DNA of 64,000 nt. It comes from an uncultured Candidatus Saccharibacteria bacterium (GTDB lineage Bacteria > Patescibacteriota > UBA1384 > JAGGWG01 > CAZAJM01). The stretch lies in contig CAZAJM010000003.1 in the NCBI GenBank assembly GCA_964485625.1, positions 6,349 to 70,348 of the forward strand, given 5' to 3'. The notes below the pieces were generated by a model that ran no database searches, was not told the origin of the DNA, and worked only from the letters and a program-made list of their open reading frames with translations. The translations under genes and the position numbers were made by a program. Below are positions 1 to 11,497 of this stretch, piece after piece (within the stretch, counting starts at the first letter, position 1; each line of letters opens with the position of its first letter).

Positions 1-2025
1 CTCTCTCAGTTTATGAATCAGACCAATCCCTTAGCAGAATTAGAGCACAAAAGAACTTTATCTGCGACCGGCCCAGGAGGACTATCTAGAGAAAGAGCCG
101 GCTTTGAGGTTCGTGACGTTCACTCATCTCATTATGGTCGTATCTGTCCAGTGGAAACTCCTGAAGGCCAAAATATCGGTCTAGTAAATTATCTAGCTGG
201 CTTTAGTAAAATAAATAAATACGGTTTTGTTGAGACACCTTACAAGAAGGTAGTTAAGAAGGGCAAGGGTATGACAATAACAGATGAGATTGAATATCTT
301 GACGCGGCCGAGGAAGAGAAACATGTCGTCGTCTCAGCTACTCACGTTACAATTAAAGAAGGTAAATTAACTGAAGACAGATATATTGCTAGAAAAGAAG
401 GTGAGGTTCAGGTCGTTGATCGAGACGAGATAGACTATATCGAAGTCTCTCCTCGTCAGATCTTATCTGTATCGGCTTCCTTAATACCATTTTTGGAAAA
501 TACTGACGGTGCCCGTGCCTTGATGGCAGCCAATATGCAACGTCAAGCCACTCCACTTATTAAACCACAAAGACCTTTAGTTGCTACTGGGCTAGAAGAT
601 AAGGCAGCGGCAGATTCCGGTCAGATTATTACTGCCACGCAGCCGGGAGAGGTGGTTGAGGTCAGTAATGAAGAGGTAAAGATAAAAAACAACAAAGACG
701 AATTTAAGACCTATAAATTATTTAACTTTGTCAGATCAAATCAGTCTACCTGTATTCACCACCGCCCTAAAGTTGAGGTGGGGGAGAAGGTTAAGACCGG
801 TCAGGTGATAGCCGATAATTTCTCTACTGATAATGGAGAGTTGGCTCTTGGCCAGAACCTAACAGTAGCATTTATGAGTTGGGATGGCGCAAACTATGAA
901 GATGCGATTGTAGTTTGTGAGGACGTAGTTAAAGATGATCGATACAGTTCAATCCATATTGAAGAGTATGAGATTGATGTTAGAGAGACTAGACTTGGAA
1001 AAGAGAAAATTACTAATGATATTCCAAATGTTTCCGAGGATGCCCTGGGTAATTTAGATGAGAATGGAATAATTAGAATTGGTGCCGAGCTTAGTTCGGG
1101 TGATATCTTAGTCGGTAAGATCTCTCCAAAAGGAGAGGTTGAACTATCGGCCGAAGAGAAACTTCTTCGAGCGATTTTTGGAGAGAAGGCTAAGGATGTT
1201 AAAGACAGTTCTTTAAGGTTGCCACATGGCGAGAAGGGTAAAGTTGTTGGAGCAAAAATATTTTCCAAATCAGCCGGCGATGAGCTTGACGCGGGAGTCT
1301 ACCAGAAAGTTAAAGTGTGGGTAGCTCAACTTAGAAGATTAAAGGTAGGTGACAAGTTAGCCGGACGACATGGCAATAAAGGTGTAATTTCAAAGATTTT
1401 ACCAAGAGAGGATATGCCGATGACGGAAAACGGCGAGCCAGTTGATATTGTTCTTAATCCATTAGGAATTATCTCGCGTATGAACCTAGGTCAGGTTTTT
1501 GAAGTTCATCTGGGTTTAGCCGCCAAAGAGCTTGGCTATCGACCGATAGCACCTGCTTTTGAGGGTCCAACATGGCCAATGGTGCAGAAAGAGCTTGAGA
1601 AGGCCGGTTTTGAAAACAATGGTAAAGTCCAACTTTATGACGGACGCACGGGCGACCCTTTTGATAAGAAGACAGTTATAGGTAATATCTATATTTTAAA
1701 ACTATTACATTTAGTTGAAGATAAGATGCATGCTAGATCCATTGGACCCTACTCAATTGTTACTCAGCAGCCACTGGGCGGTAAGGCTCAATTTGGTGGA
1801 CAACGATTTGGTGAGATGGAAGTATGGGCTTTAGAGGCTCATGGCGCAGCTCATTTCCTTCAAGAGCTTCTGACTATCAAGTCTGATGATATTGTTGGAC
1901 GAGCACAAACATATAAGGCGATTATTAAAGATGAGAAGATCGAAGGGCCGAAGGCTCCTGAGTCATTTAATGTTCTGATAAAAGAGCTTCAGGCACTGGG
2001 CTTGAAAGTAGAACTTCTTAAATAA
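1..2025 (+). CDS. rpoB: DNA-directed RNA polymerase beta subunit, C-terminal part (5' end outside window)
   Basis: Frame is open from nt 1 ([18 protein letters not shown]...). Motifs ...[18 protein letters not shown]..., ...NMQRQA..., and the C-terminal ...[19 protein letters not shown]... are typical of RpoB. Confidence 0.95.
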   Translation, partial: LSQFMNQTNPLAELEHKRTLSATGPGGLSRERAGFEVRDVHSSHYGRICPVETPEGQNIGLVNYLAGFSKINKYGFVETPYKKVVKKGKGMTITDEIEYLDAAEEEKHVVVSATHVTIKEGKLTEDRYIARKEGEVQVVDRDEIDYIEVSPRQILSVSASLIPFLENTDGARALMAANMQRQATPLIKPQRPLVATGLEDKAAADSGQIITATQPGEVVEVSNEEVKIKNNKDEFKTYKLFNFVRSNQSTCIHHRPKVEVGEKVKTGQVIADNFSTDNGELALGQNLTVAFMSWDGANYEDAIVVCEDVVKDDRYSSIHIEEYEIDVRETRLGKEKITNDIPNVSEDALGNLDENGIIRIGAELSSGDILVGKISPKGEVELSAEEKLLRAIFGEKAKDVKDSSLRLPHGEKGKVVGAKIFSKSAGDELDAGVYQKVKVWVAQLRRLKVGDKLAGRHGNKGVISKILPREDMPMTENGEPVDIVLNPLGIISRMNLGQVFEVHLGLAAKELGYRPIAPAFEGPTWPMVQKELEKAGFENNGKVQLYDGRTGDPFDKKTVIGNIYILKLLHLVEDKMHARSIGPYSIVTQQPLGGKAQFGGQRFGEMEVWALEAHGAAHFLQELLTIKSDDIVGRAQTYKAIIKDEKIEGPKAPESFNVLIKELQALGLKVELLK

Positions 2026-2045
2026 AAAAATAATTTAAATAAATA

Positions 2046-5000
2046 ATGGCAAAATCAATAGAAATTGGCGATCAAGTAATCTCACCCGACGATTTTAGTG
2101 GTATCAAATTGAGTCTAGCCAGCCCGGAGGATATTGAAAAATGGTCATATGGTGAGGTGGAGAACTCTGAAACTATTAACTATCGAACTCAAAAGCCTGA
2201 GAAATATGGTCTTTTTGATGAGAAAATATTTGGTCCAACTACTGATTATGAGTGTTATTGTGGTAAGTATAAAGGGATCAGGTATAAGGGGGTTACTTGT
2301 GATAAATGTGGAGTTGAAATAACAGTTAGCAAGGTTAGGAGAAGACGGATGGGCCATATTAAACTCTCTGTGCCTTGTTCTCATTCTTGGTTTGTACGCG
2401 GAGTCTCTTCTTTAATGGCCAATGTTCTCGGTATCACCTCAAGTGATCTGGATAAGGTTCTCTATTTTGGCGCCTTTATTATCACCGATGTTGACGAAAA
2501 GCTTCTGGAACAGACAAAAGAGAAGCTAGAGAAAGAATTACAGCAATATAAATCAAAATTATCTGGCAGTCCAAGTAAAAAAGAAAAGAAAGAGAAGGGC
2601 CTATCTAAAGAGAAGAAAGAGAAGAAGCTTGATAATATTATGGAGGCCTACAATAAGGCTAAAACAGAGCTTAAAAGCCTAGAACGATTAAATGTTATTT
2701 CAGAGGCACAATATCACGAAATATCTAGAAAATATGGCCAGATTATTGAAGTAGGCATAGGAGCAGAGGCGATTAAGAAGTTACTATCAGAAATTGATAT
2801 GAAAGAAGAGATTGAACAGTTGGAGCAGGCTAGAAAAGATTATTCAGGCAGTAGTGAGCCCAAAAAACTTCTACGAAGATTAAATCTATTAAAAAGCTTA
2901 GAGAAAAATAATATCCAACCCAAGTGGATGATTTTAGAGAATATTCCGGTCTTACCTCCTGATTTAAGGCCAATGGTCCAGCTTGATGGTGGAAGATTTG
3001 CTGCTTCTGATCTTAATGATCTTTATCGAAGAGTTATTAATCGAAACAACCGACTTAAAAGATTAATTGAGAAAGGAGCGCCGGAAGTAATCCAAAGAAA
3101 TGAGAAACGGATGCTTCAAGAAGCTGTTGATTCCCTGATTGATAACAAGGGAGGTCAGAGCCAGATTGGCAGAAGACCTCTTCGATCTCTATCAGACCTA
3201 ATCAAAGGTAAGAAAGGAAGATTTAGAAGAAACTTACTTGGTAAACGTGTAGATTACTCCGGCAGAAGTGTGATTGTTGTTGGCCCAGAGCTTAAGTTTA
3301 ACCAGTGCGGTATACCTAAGATGATGGCCTTGGAGCTATTCAAGCCTTTTGTCATCCAAAGACTTATCAAGCAAGAGTATGCTCAAAATATTAAGAACGC
3401 GACCCGAATGATCAATAACGAGGAAGAACAAGTTTGGGATATATTAGAGGAAGTTGTTGAAGACTATCCTGTAGCCTTAAATCGTGCGCCAACCTTACAC
3501 AGGCTTGGTATTCAGACGTTTAAACCAGTTTTAGTTGAAGGTAAGGCAGTTAAAATACACCCTCTTGTCTGTGAAGCCTATAACGCTGACTTTGACGGTG
3601 ATCAGATGGCGGTCTACGTTCCTTTAACTAAGAAAGCCAAACAGGAAGCGGAAGATATATTAATGTCAACCAATAATTTAATTAAGCCGGCCACAGGAAG
3701 ATCTATTGTTAACCCAAGACAAGATATGGTCTTTGGTCTCTACTACCTAACCATGATTGAAGAGAAAGGTCTGGGCGCCGGGAAAACATTTGCTGATCCG
3801 AATGAGGCCCTTAGAATGCACAGGAACAAGAAGCTTGGTGTTGCTTCTAAGATTAAGGTCAGAATTGATGATAAGTTAGTTGAGACCAGCGTTGGTCGGA
3901 TCATGTTTAACTCGATTTTGCCAGAGGAATTTGAGTACATAAATAAGATAATCGGCAGAGGTGAGATTGGGCAAATTGTCGACAGAATGATTACTAAATA
4001 TTCTAAAGAGGAAGCTGTAGAGGTTATTGATAAGCTTAAAGGGCTAGGTTTCCATTACGCCACTCATTCCGGACTCAGTTTCTCAATTGGAGATGTAAAT
4101 GTGCCAACAGCAAAGAAAAAATTAATCAATGAGGCTCAGAGTGATGTAGATGACATAAATGAACAGTATCAAGATGGGTTAATTACTGAAGAGGAGCGAT
4201 ACTCAATGATTGTTAATCGTTGGACTCAGGCTAAAGATGATTTAGATGAGAAGATGAGCAAAGGATTTAGTCAAGGAAACCCTATTCATACTATGGTAGA
4301 TTCCGGATCTCGTGGTTCATCGGCTCAGTTAAGTCAGTTGGCTGCCATGAAAGGTATGGTCGTTAACCCAGCCGGTCAGGTAATAGAGCTGCCAATTAAG
4401 GCTAACTATCGGGAAGGTTTTACTTCCAATGAGTACTTTGTCTCTTCTCATGGTACTAGAAAAGGTAGAACCGACACCGCTCTAAGAACAGCTCAAGCAG
4501 GCTATCTAACAAGAAGACTGATTGATGTCTCACAGGATTTGATTATAAATAAGGAAGATTGTGGTGGCAGCGAAGCATTAAAAATTAATATAGAAAAAGA
4601 AGAGGGGGTAAGCCGAGAGCTTCACCAGAAAATCAGTGGTAGAATTTTAGCGGCAGATATTAAAGATGGCAAGAAAGTTCTTGCCAAGAAAGGCGATCTA
4701 ATTGCCAAGGAACTATTAAATAAACTTGAAGATTCATCAGTTAAGGAGGTTGAAGTATACTCACCTCTTACCTGTCAAATGCCCGATGGTATCTGTCAGA
4801 AATGTTATGGCCAGGACCTTTCGACTCATAAGATGGTTGAGCCGGGTACGGCCGTAGGTATTATCGCCGCTCAGTCTATTGGAGAGCCTGGCACCCAGTT
4901 GACTATGAGAACTTTTCATGTCGGTGGTGTGGCCGGTGAAGATATTACCCAAGGCCTACCTAGGGTAGAAGAAGTATTGGAGGCCCGTTCCCCAAAATCT

Positions 5001-5822
5001 CCAGCAATTTTAGCTGATATCGACGGTAAGGTTGAAGTGAAAGAAGATGAAGATAATGAGAAGAAGATAATCTCCGTTGTTTCAGATGATAAAAAGACTG
5101 TTGACTATCGGATCAAGAAAGGCTATCAGCCTAAAGTTAAGGATGGGGAAGAAGTCAAAGGTGGTCAGGTTATTATAGAAAGATCTCGAGGTAGCGATAT
5201 TAAGGCCGATTTTAGAGCTAAGATAAAGAAGACCAAGAATAAAATTACTCTAGTTAGTTTCCATAATGTTAGAAAGAACTATACCGTCTCTCCGTTCACC
5301 AACTTAGCTGTTAAAGAGGGCTCTAAGGTTAAGGAAGGTGATCAAATTACTGAAGGTCATGTTGATCTTGAGCAGAAGTTCAGGGTTTCTGGTAAGAAGG
5401 CGGTACAGCAATATATTTTAGGTCAGGTCCAAAATATCTACGTTTCTCAGGGCCAGGTTATTCATGATAAGCACTTCGAGGTGATTATTAGACAGATGTT
5501 CTCAAAGGTTAGAATCTCCAAATCTAATGATTCAGATTTTGTAATCGGTTCAATTGAAGAGAGAAGAAAGGTCGATGATGTTAACAGTAAATTAAAAGAG
5601 AAAAAGAAGAAGCCTGCTGAATATGAAGAGTTGTTACTTGGTATTTCCAATGTTTCTCTAAATACGGATAGCTTCTTGTCTGCGGCTTCATTTCAAGAGA
5701 CGACCAGGGTATTAATAGAAGCAGCAATTAATGGAGACATTGATAATCTAAATGGCTTGAAGGAAAATGTGATGGTCGGTAGGTTAATACCGGCTGGTAC
5801 AGGTTATAACAAGAATAAATAA
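2046..5822 (+). CDS. rpoC: DNA-directed RNA polymerase beta' subunit
   Basis: 1258 aa. Has Zn finger CxxC...CxxC near the N-terminus, the catalytic NADFDGDQMAV motif and a conserved C-terminal trigger-loop region. Contains a K/E-rich insertion at about aa 150-290. Confidence 0.95.
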   Translation: MAKSIEIGDQVISPDDFSGIKLSLASPEDIEKWSYGEVENSETINYRTQKPEKYGLFDEKIFGPTTDYECYCGKYKGIRYKGVTCDKCGVEITVSKVRRRRMGHIKLSVPCSHSWFVRGVSSLMANVLGITSSDLDKVLYFGAFIITDVDEKLLEQTKEKLEKELQQYKSKLSGSPSKKEKKEKGLSKEKKEKKLDNIMEAYNKAKTELKSLERLNVISEAQYHEISRKYGQIIEVGIGAEAIKKLLSEIDMKEEIEQLEQARKDYSGSSEPKKLLRRLNLLKSLEKNNIQPKWMILENIPVLPPDLRPMVQLDGGRFAASDLNDLYRRVINRNNRLKRLIEKGAPEVIQRNEKRMLQEAVDSLIDNKGGQSQIGRRPLRSLSDLIKGKKGRFRRNLLGKRVDYSGRSVIVVGPELKFNQCGIPKMMALELFKPFVIQRLIKQEYAQNIKNATRMINNEEEQVWDILEEVVEDYPVALNRAPTLHRLGIQTFKPVLVEGKAVKIHPLVCEAYNADFDGDQMAVYVPLTKKAKQEAEDILMSTNNLIKPATGRSIVNPRQDMVFGLYYLTMIEEKGLGAGKTFADPNEALRMHRNKKLGVASKIKVRIDDKLVETSVGRIMFNSILPEEFEYINKIIGRGEIGQIVDRMITKYSKEEAVEVIDKLKGLGFHYATHSGLSFSIGDVNVPTAKKKLINEAQSDVDDINEQYQDGLITEEERYSMIVNRWTQAKDDLDEKMSKGFSQGNPIHTMVDSGSRGSSAQLSQLAAMKGMVVNPAGQVIELPIKANYREGFTSNEYFVSSHGTRKGRTDTALRTAQAGYLTRRLIDVSQDLIINKEDCGGSEALKINIEKEEGVSRELHQKISGRILAADIKDGKKVLAKKGDLIAKELLNKLEDSSVKEVEVYSPLTCQMPDGICQKCYGQDLSTHKMVEPGTAVGIIAAQSIGEPGTQLTMRTFHVGGVAGEDITQGLPRVEEVLEARSPKSPAILADIDGKVEVKEDEDNEKKIISVVSDDKKTVDYRIKKGYQPKVKDGEEVKGGQVIIERSRGSDIKADFRAKIKKTKNKITLVSFHNVRKNYTVSPFTNLAVKEGSKVKEGDQITEGHVDLEQKFRVSGKKAVQQYILGQVQNIYVSQGQVIHDKHFEVIIRQMFSKVRISKSNDSDFVIGSIEERRKVDDVNSKLKEKKKKPAEYEELLLGISNVSLNTDSFLSAASFQETTRVLIEAAINGDIDNLNGLKENVMVGRLIPAGTGYNKNK

Positions 5823-5890
5823 CCTGTTGACTTTGGTTAAAATAATTGTTAGAATAAAGAACACTTATAAATAAATTGAGAAAATTTCAT

Positions 5891-6322
5891 ATGCCAACTA
5901 TCAACCAATTAGTAAGAAAAGGACGGAAGGCTCAAAAAAATAAGTCGAAATCTCCTGCTCTTCAGCGAGGTTTTAATTCTATTAAAAGAGAGCCTTTCGA
6001 GTATAGAAAGGGTTCACCGTTTAAAAGAGGAATCTGTACCAAAGTTTCAACTATTACTCCTAAGAAACCTAACTCCGCTTTAAGAAAAGTTGCTAGGGTT
6101 AGATTAACTAATGGCATGGAAGTAACCGCCTATATCCCGGGAGAAGGTCACAACCTACAAGAGCACTCTGTAGTATTAATTAGGGGCGGTCGAGTTAAGG
6201 ATTTACCTGGTATAAGATACCATGTTGTTAGAGGGCATCTTGATACTAGTGGTGTAGATTCTAAGCAACAGTCTCGAAGTAAATATGGTGCTAAAAAACC
6301 AGACTATAAGATTGAAAAATAA
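5891..6322 (+). CDS. rpsL: 30S ribosomal protein S12
   Basis: Begins [13 protein letters not shown]... and has the PNSALRKV motif. I take the internal Met at 5891 as the start rather than the ORF-track Met at 5876. Confidence 0.93.
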   Translation: MPTINQLVRKGRKAQKNKSKSPALQRGFNSIKREPFEYRKGSPFKRGICTKVSTITPKKPNSALRKVARVRLTNGMEVTAYIPGEGHNLQEHSVVLIRGGRVKDLPGIRYHVVRGHLDTSGVDSKQQSRSKYGAKKPDYKIEK

Positions 6323-6324
6323 TT

Positions 6325-6792
6325 ATGGGCAAAAAAGCAGACTATAAAACAATTAATCCAGATCCTAAATATGGTTCATTAACTTTAGCTCGGTTTATCA
6401 ACTATGTTATGAGAAAGGGCAAGAAGCAATTAGCAAGAAAGATTGTCTATAGGGCTCTAGATATTGTTAAAAAGAAGACTAAAAAAGACCCTATTGAAGT
6501 TTTTGAAGAAGCTTTGGAGAACGCAAGCCCCCTACTTGAGGTAAGAAGTAAAAGAATTGGAGGTGCTAACTATCAGATCCCCCAAGAAGTAAGTAAGAGA
6601 AGAAGAATGATCTTGGCCATGCGTTGGATGGTAGCCGGGGCCAAAGAGAAGAGTGGAGTTTCTATGGACCGCAGATTGGCTAATGAAATAATTGCCGCAG
6701 GTAAAAATGAAGGTTTTGCCGTTGGCAAGAAAGACGAATCCCACAGAATGGCTGAGGCTAACAAGGCTTTTGCCCACTACGCTAAATTCTAA
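6325..6792 (+). CDS. rpsG: 30S ribosomal protein S7
   Basis: 155 aa in the S7 family. It sits immediately after rpsL. Confidence 0.93.
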   Translation: MGKKADYKTINPDPKYGSLTLARFINYVMRKGKKQLARKIVYRALDIVKKKTKKDPIEVFEEALENASPLLEVRSKRIGGANYQIPQEVSKRRRMILAMRWMVAGAKEKSGVSMDRRLANEIIAAGKNEGFAVGKKDESHRMAEANKAFAHYAKF

Positions 6793-6820
6793 TTTATTTT
6801 GAACTAATATATTTAACAAG

Positions 6821-8926
6821 ATGGCTAAAAAAGTTTCATTAGATAAAACTAGAAATATCGGAATTATCGCTCATATTGATGCAGGTAAGACGACTGTAAC
6901 GGAGCGTGTTCTTTACTATACAGGCAAGAAACATAAGATTGGCGAGGTTCACGAAGGTGAAGCAGAGATGGATTGGATGGAGCAAGAACAGGAACGTGGT
7001 ATCACTATTACCTCTGCGGCTACCACCGCATTTTGGTCTGCACCAGAATGGCTCTATGGCGAAAAACCAGGCAAATTAAAAATAAATATTATTGATACTC
7101 CCGGTCACGTTGACTTTACTGTGGAAGTAGAGAGATCCTTAAGAGTATTAGATGGTGCGGTTGTTGTTTTTGACGGAGTAGCTGGTGTTGAAGCTCAATC
7201 AGAAACCGTTTGGAGACAGGCCGATCGATATGAGGTGCCGAGGCTCTGTTTTATTAACAAGATGGATAAAACAGGAGCAAACTATGAAAGATCGATTGAA
7301 TCAATCGAAGAAAGATTGAACGCCGATATCGTGCCTATTCAGGTTGCTGTCGGTAGTGGCGATGAGTTTGAAGGCGTGATCGACTTGTTTAAGATGGAGA
7401 AGGTTACAACTACCGGTAAGATGGGTGAAGAAGTTAAAAGAGAGCCAGTTCCGGAAGAGCTTCAGGATGAGGCTAAAAAATGGCGTGAACGGATGATCGA
7501 GGCGATTGTTGAGACTGACGAGGAACTGATGAATGAATATTTAGAAGGAAATCAAATAGAGGAGAAGAAGTTAAAAGAAGCATTGCGAAAAGCGATAATT
7601 AATAATGAAGTAACTGCCGTTCTAACTGGTAGTGCCTTGAAAAATATCGGTGTCCAGCTCCTACTTGACGCGGTCAGTGAGTACCTGCCAAGTCCTTTAG
7701 AGGTGCCTAAAGTTGAAGCTCAGAAAGCTGGTGGCGATGAAAAGATTGAGATTGAGGCTGACCCTAATGGGCCATTGGCTGTCTTTGCTTTTAAGGTTGC
7801 AACCGATCCGTTTGTCGGTAGACTTACTTATGCTAGGGTCTATTCTGGTACATTAAAGAACGGCTCCTATGTCTATAACCCATCTAATAACTCCAAAGAG
7901 AGAATTGGCCGAATCGTTAGAATGCATGCCAATAGTCGAACCGAAGTCGAGGAAGTTAAAGCTGGTGATATTGCTGCGATAGTTGGCCTAAAAGATACCA
8001 CTACTGGAGATACCTTAACTAATAAGGATAATCCAATTCTTCTAGAGAAAATTGAATTTCCTGATCCTGTTATCTCTGTAGCTATTGAGCCTAAAACCAA
8101 GGCCGATCAAGAGAAGCTTGGTGTTTCACTGAACAGATTATCTGATGAAGATCCAACCTTTAATATTGAGACCAACGAAGATACTGGCCAGACCATAATT
8201 TCGGGTATGGGCGAGCTTCATTTAGAAATTATTGTAGATAGATTGAAGAGAGAGTTTAAAGTAGAGGCCGATGTTGGCAAACCTCAGGTAGCCTACAGAG
8301 AAACTATTAGAAAAGGGATTGAGGAAGAAGGTAAGTATGTTCGTCAGTCCGGTGGTAGGGGGCAGTATGGCCATGTCTGGCTAAGAGTTAAACCTCTTGA
8401 AAGAGGCAAGGGCTTTAAGTTTGAAGATCAGATTAAAGGCGGTGTAATCCCGAATGAATTTATTCCAGCAGTTGAAAAAGGTGTTAAAGAGTCCCTAACT
8501 AAGGGGCCGGTTGCCGGCTATCCTTTAGTTGATCTACAAGTTGAACTGTTTGATGGCAGTTATCATGAGGTAGACTCATCAGAGGCAGCCTTCAAGATTG
8601 TTGCTAGTAAAACCCTAACCTCTGCTGCCAATAAGGCTAATCCTGTTATCTTGGAACCTATTATGAAACTAGAGGTAGTAGTGCCGGCTGAGTATATGGG
8701 AGACGTTAGTGGGGATATTTCTTCTAAAAGAGGGCAAATTGAGCAGATTGAAGATAGAGAAAATCTAAAAGTACTTAACTGTAAGGTTCCTTTGGCAGAG
8801 ATGTTTGGCTACTCCACCAGACTAAGATCTCTTACCTCAGGTAGAGGTAGCTTTATGATGGAATATGATCATCACGCCGAGGTACCGACCAATATCCAAG
8901 AAGAAATTGTAGAAGGCAGGAAATAG
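6821..8926 (+). CDS. fusA: elongation factor G
   Basis: 701 aa. Has the G1 motif AHIDAGKTT, the DTPGHVDF motif and the EF-G domains IV-V. Confidence 0.95.
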   Translation: MAKKVSLDKTRNIGIIAHIDAGKTTVTERVLYYTGKKHKIGEVHEGEAEMDWMEQEQERGITITSAATTAFWSAPEWLYGEKPGKLKINIIDTPGHVDFTVEVERSLRVLDGAVVVFDGVAGVEAQSETVWRQADRYEVPRLCFINKMDKTGANYERSIESIEERLNADIVPIQVAVGSGDEFEGVIDLFKMEKVTTTGKMGEEVKREPVPEELQDEAKKWRERMIEAIVETDEELMNEYLEGNQIEEKKLKEALRKAIINNEVTAVLTGSALKNIGVQLLLDAVSEYLPSPLEVPKVEAQKAGGDEKIEIEADPNGPLAVFAFKVATDPFVGRLTYARVYSGTLKNGSYVYNPSNNSKERIGRIVRMHANSRTEVEEVKAGDIAAIVGLKDTTTGDTLTNKDNPILLEKIEFPDPVISVAIEPKTKADQEKLGVSLNRLSDEDPTFNIETNEDTGQTIISGMGELHLEIIVDRLKREFKVEADVGKPQVAYRETIRKGIEEEGKYVRQSGGRGQYGHVWLRVKPLERGKGFKFEDQIKGGVIPNEFIPAVEKGVKESLTKGPVAGYPLVDLQVELFDGSYHEVDSSEAAFKIVASKTLTSAANKANPVILEPIMKLEVVVPAEYMGDVSGDISSKRGQIEQIEDRENLKVLNCKVPLAEMFGYSTRLRSLTSGRGSFMMEYDHHAEVPTNIQEEIVEGRK

Positions 8927-8947
8927 ACTTAATGAAGGACTATTAAT

Positions 8948-9052
8948 CGGAAGCCGGATCCGTCTGCCAAAGACTGAAGCTAGTGACCTGCCCGCTAGTG
9001 CCTGAGCACAGCAATGGCAGGCGGGTGGCGGACAGGCTTCCGATTTTTGTTT
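8948..9052 (+). terminator. long imperfect stem-loop followed by a U-run; terminator of the rpoBC-rpsLG-fusA transcription unit
   Basis: The arm cggaagcc (8948-8955) pairs with ggcttccg (9035-9042), with inner complementarity. It is followed by atttttgttt and sits 20 nt after the fusA stop. Confidence 0.6.
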
Positions 9053-9080
9053 AAGAAAAAAATCGCAAAAAGAATTCTTC

Positions 9081-9449
9081 TTAACTTAATGCGATAAGTG
9101 GTATAGTGCCAATTGTTAACGAGCCGCCAATAAAGAAGCATATAGTAGGTGCTAAAACAGAAAATATATAACAGTCAAGTCTAACATCCAGTTCTCTTAT
9201 GCTCTTAGTTATGATAAGCAATGAAATACCTATTAATAATAACCAAAGTATGCTTCCTGGAAACTCACTTCCTTCTTTTGATAGGGCAATAAGTACACCT
9301 GTCCCGGCAAAACTTCCAGCGAAAATAGAACCAATTGAAATAAACATAAAATCAACTAGGAGTCGAGCTTCTTTGCACATCTTATGTCCTCCTGTTTGTA
9401 TGGGGTTCAAAGGCAATTTAAAACTAATATAAATCTGGTCACTAGTCAA
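9081..9449 (-). CDS. small hypothetical membrane protein (start codon uncertain)
   Basis: 122-aa ORF with 3 predicted hydrophobic helices. Convergent with fusA. No recognisable family. Confidence 0.35.
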   Translation of the reverse strand: MTSDQIYISFKLPLNPIQTGGHKMCKEARLLVDFMFISIGSIFAGSFAGTGVLIALSKEGSEFPGSILWLLLIGISLLIITKSIRELDVRLDCYIFSVLAPTICFFIGGSLTIGTIPLIALS

Positions 9450-10325
9450 CTACCTCGCCCAAATCTCTCTATTTAGATCTAAATTATCATTATCCTGACA
9501 GAGATAGACTAAACTATTTGAGATTTTTGAGTTTTTTAACCTACCAGGACCGAAAATGATTGAGTTATCTATTTGGGAGTTAGTAGTTTTGACTTGTACT
9601 GAGCTCTCGCCTTCTTCTTTTTGATAATATTTTTTCCCTAAATAGTCTTTAGCAATTATCACCCCCTCTACTTCCATGTGGTCACCGATCTGGATCCAAG
9701 GTTCTTGATTCCTGTTGATTATAGGGTTGAGCTTCTTTTTGCATTTTTCAATTACGGGCAGCATCTTCACCTCTTCAGCTCTATCAAATTCCGGTCTGGT
9801 CTTTTCAATAAATTTAAAAATATCTGGGGTTAGACGCCAGAAGCCCAAATCTGCCCAGTTGCCATTATTGGAGAAGGTGATTAAGTTGCCCTCTCTGTCA
9901 TGCTCAATTATTTTGTGATTCTGCGGGTCTCCTATCTTAGTGGCAGAGAGAACCGTGCCTTTGTTATTAATAAGTTGTTTTAGATGATCATTTGAGAGAT
10001 AGACATCTCCTAGAATCACAATAAAATCATCTTTTATACTATCCTTAGCGTAACTAATAGCATCGGCTGTGCCACCGGTGGAGCTATTTTGAACCAGATA
10101 CTCAATCGGGGTGCCGTTATATTCCGAGCCAAAGTGATCAACTATCAACTCCTTTTTGTAATTTACAACTAGATAAATCTTATCTATTTCATCAGTCTCG
10201 CTCAAGTTCCTAATAGTATACTCGATAAATGGCATTCCCCAGAAATCTATCATCGGTTTAGGTAGGTAGTTGGTTACTGGTTGAAGGCGACTGCCCTTAC
10301 CTGCAGTTAAAATTATGGCATCCAT
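9450..10325 (-). CDS. sugar-phosphate nucleotidyltransferase (NTP_transferase family)
   Basis: N-terminal ILTAGKGSRLQPVT matches the G-x-G-x-R-L signature of glucose-1-phosphate nucleotidylyltransferases. 291 aa. Confidence 0.7.
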   Translation of the reverse strand: MDAIILTAGKGSRLQPVTNYLPKPMIDFWGMPFIEYTIRNLSETDEIDKIYLVVNYKKELIVDHFGSEYNGTPIEYLVQNSSTGGTADAISYAKDSIKDDFIVILGDVYLSNDHLKQLINNKGTVLSATKIGDPQNHKIIEHDREGNLITFSNNGNWADLGFWRLTPDIFKFIEKTRPEFDRAEEVKMLPVIEKCKKKLNPIINRNQEPWIQIGDHMEVEGVIIAKDYLGKKYYQKEEGESSVQVKTTNSQIDNSIIFGPGRLKNSKISNSLVYLCQDNDNLDLNREIWAR

Positions 10326-10428
10326 ATATTTTTATTTAATGATAATAAGCACCTGTTAATTTTATCTATAAGTATGCCTGCTGTCAAAGTTGGCAAAATG
10401 TCATGATAGTTGATATAATATTTCTGTT

Positions 10429-10989
10429 ATGAATAATAATCATGAAGTTGAGACAACTGAGACTGGATCGCCTGAACTAACCCCAGAGATGCTTACTCCA
10501 GAACAGAGAGATGTTTTAGCATATGAGATTTCAGATCCGGATAATTTCATCCAATATCTCTATCCTTCTACTTGGGTAGAGGTTGAGCAGGACCAGCAGA
10601 ATTCAGTTAATGGACTAAGACAACTAATTGTCCAAATAACTAGACAAGCAATTGAAGAATTAGATCAAGAGTATAACGAAGATGAGATTGAGAAGTTTAT
10701 AATTTGGGAAACAATAGGCGTTGCTGATAAGACTGAAGAGGAAATAGATTCAAATCTAGATATTTTAGCAGTGGCTGCTCAAAGAGAAGTTGAGAGTGAG
10801 TTTGCTAAAAATTTTGTTAATACCAGAGAGGCCTATCGGCACTGGAAAAAATTAGATGAAGAAGGTAAAGAGAGAGCTCGACAAGAAATTAGAGATTTTG
10901 TAGATTATCGAAAACAGGTTAGAGATAGAGTATATAGAAAACTAATCGGCGAAGAGCCGCCTGAGATCAATGAAGGGGAGGATTGGTAG
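10429..10989 (+). CDS. highly acidic hypothetical protein
   Basis: 186 aa and very D/E-rich. Its 3' end overlaps the downstream nuclease gene by 20 nt. Confidence 0.5.
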   Translation: MNNNHEVETTETGSPELTPEMLTPEQRDVLAYEISDPDNFIQYLYPSTWVEVEQDQQNSVNGLRQLIVQITRQAIEELDQEYNEDEIEKFIIWETIGVADKTEEEIDSNLDILAVAAQREVESEFAKNFVNTREAYRHWKKLDEEGKERARQEIRDFVDYRKQVRDRVYRKLIGEEPPEINEGEDW

Positions 10990-11473
10990 GTTAATTAGGT
11001 CTAACTATTTAGTTGGAATCTATCTAGTTCTAATTGTTTTAACTTTGCTCTACATTTTCTCATACGGTCAATCAGCTGGTAACTCGGCTGTCTTTTCTAA
11101 TCAAAAAGCTCATGTGGTAGAGGTAGTCGATGGGGATACCATTAGATTGCTTTCAGGTGAGACGGTCCGCTTGCTCTCAATTAATGCCCCCGAAAGAGGA
11201 GACCCATATAGTGTGGAGGCCAGAGAGAAACTGGAGAGCTTAGTAGAGGGTGAAGATGTACTGCTGAAGTTTGACCAAGAGAAACTAGATCATTATGGCC
11301 GGCTTCTAGCCTATATCTACACCGGAGAGACGATGGTCAATATGATAATGGTCGAGGAAGGCTTAGCCTACAGCTATATCGTCCCGCCTAATGATAGTTA
11401 CAAGTATGAGATTGAGCTTAGTGAATCTGAGGCTAAACAGGCTCGGATAGGTATTTGGAATAATCTTAAATAG
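10970..11473 (+). CDS. membrane-anchored thermonuclease (staphylococcal nuclease, SNase-like)
   Basis: N-terminal TM helix followed by an SNase fold, with VVDGDTIRL...RLLSINAPE...YGRLLAYIY. Confidence 0.75.
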   Translation: MKGRIGRLIRSNYLVGIYLVLIVLTLLYIFSYGQSAGNSAVFSNQKAHVVEVVDGDTIRLLSGETVRLLSINAPERGDPYSVEAREKLESLVEGEDVLLKFDQEKLDHYGRLLAYIYTGETMVNMIMVEEGLAYSYIVPPNDSYKYEIELSESEAKQARIGIWNNLK

Positions 11474-11497
11474 CTATATATCATTAATATCTAATAT

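Noticed and set aside
894-6819. Numerous antisense or small same-strand ORFs inside rpoB, rpoC, rpsG and fusA (e.g. 894-1268, 2134-2384, 3743-3940, 6532-6819, 7873-8100).
   Set aside because: They lie wholly within strongly supported conserved genes and have low-complexity Ser/Leu-rich translations. They are typical shadow ORFs.
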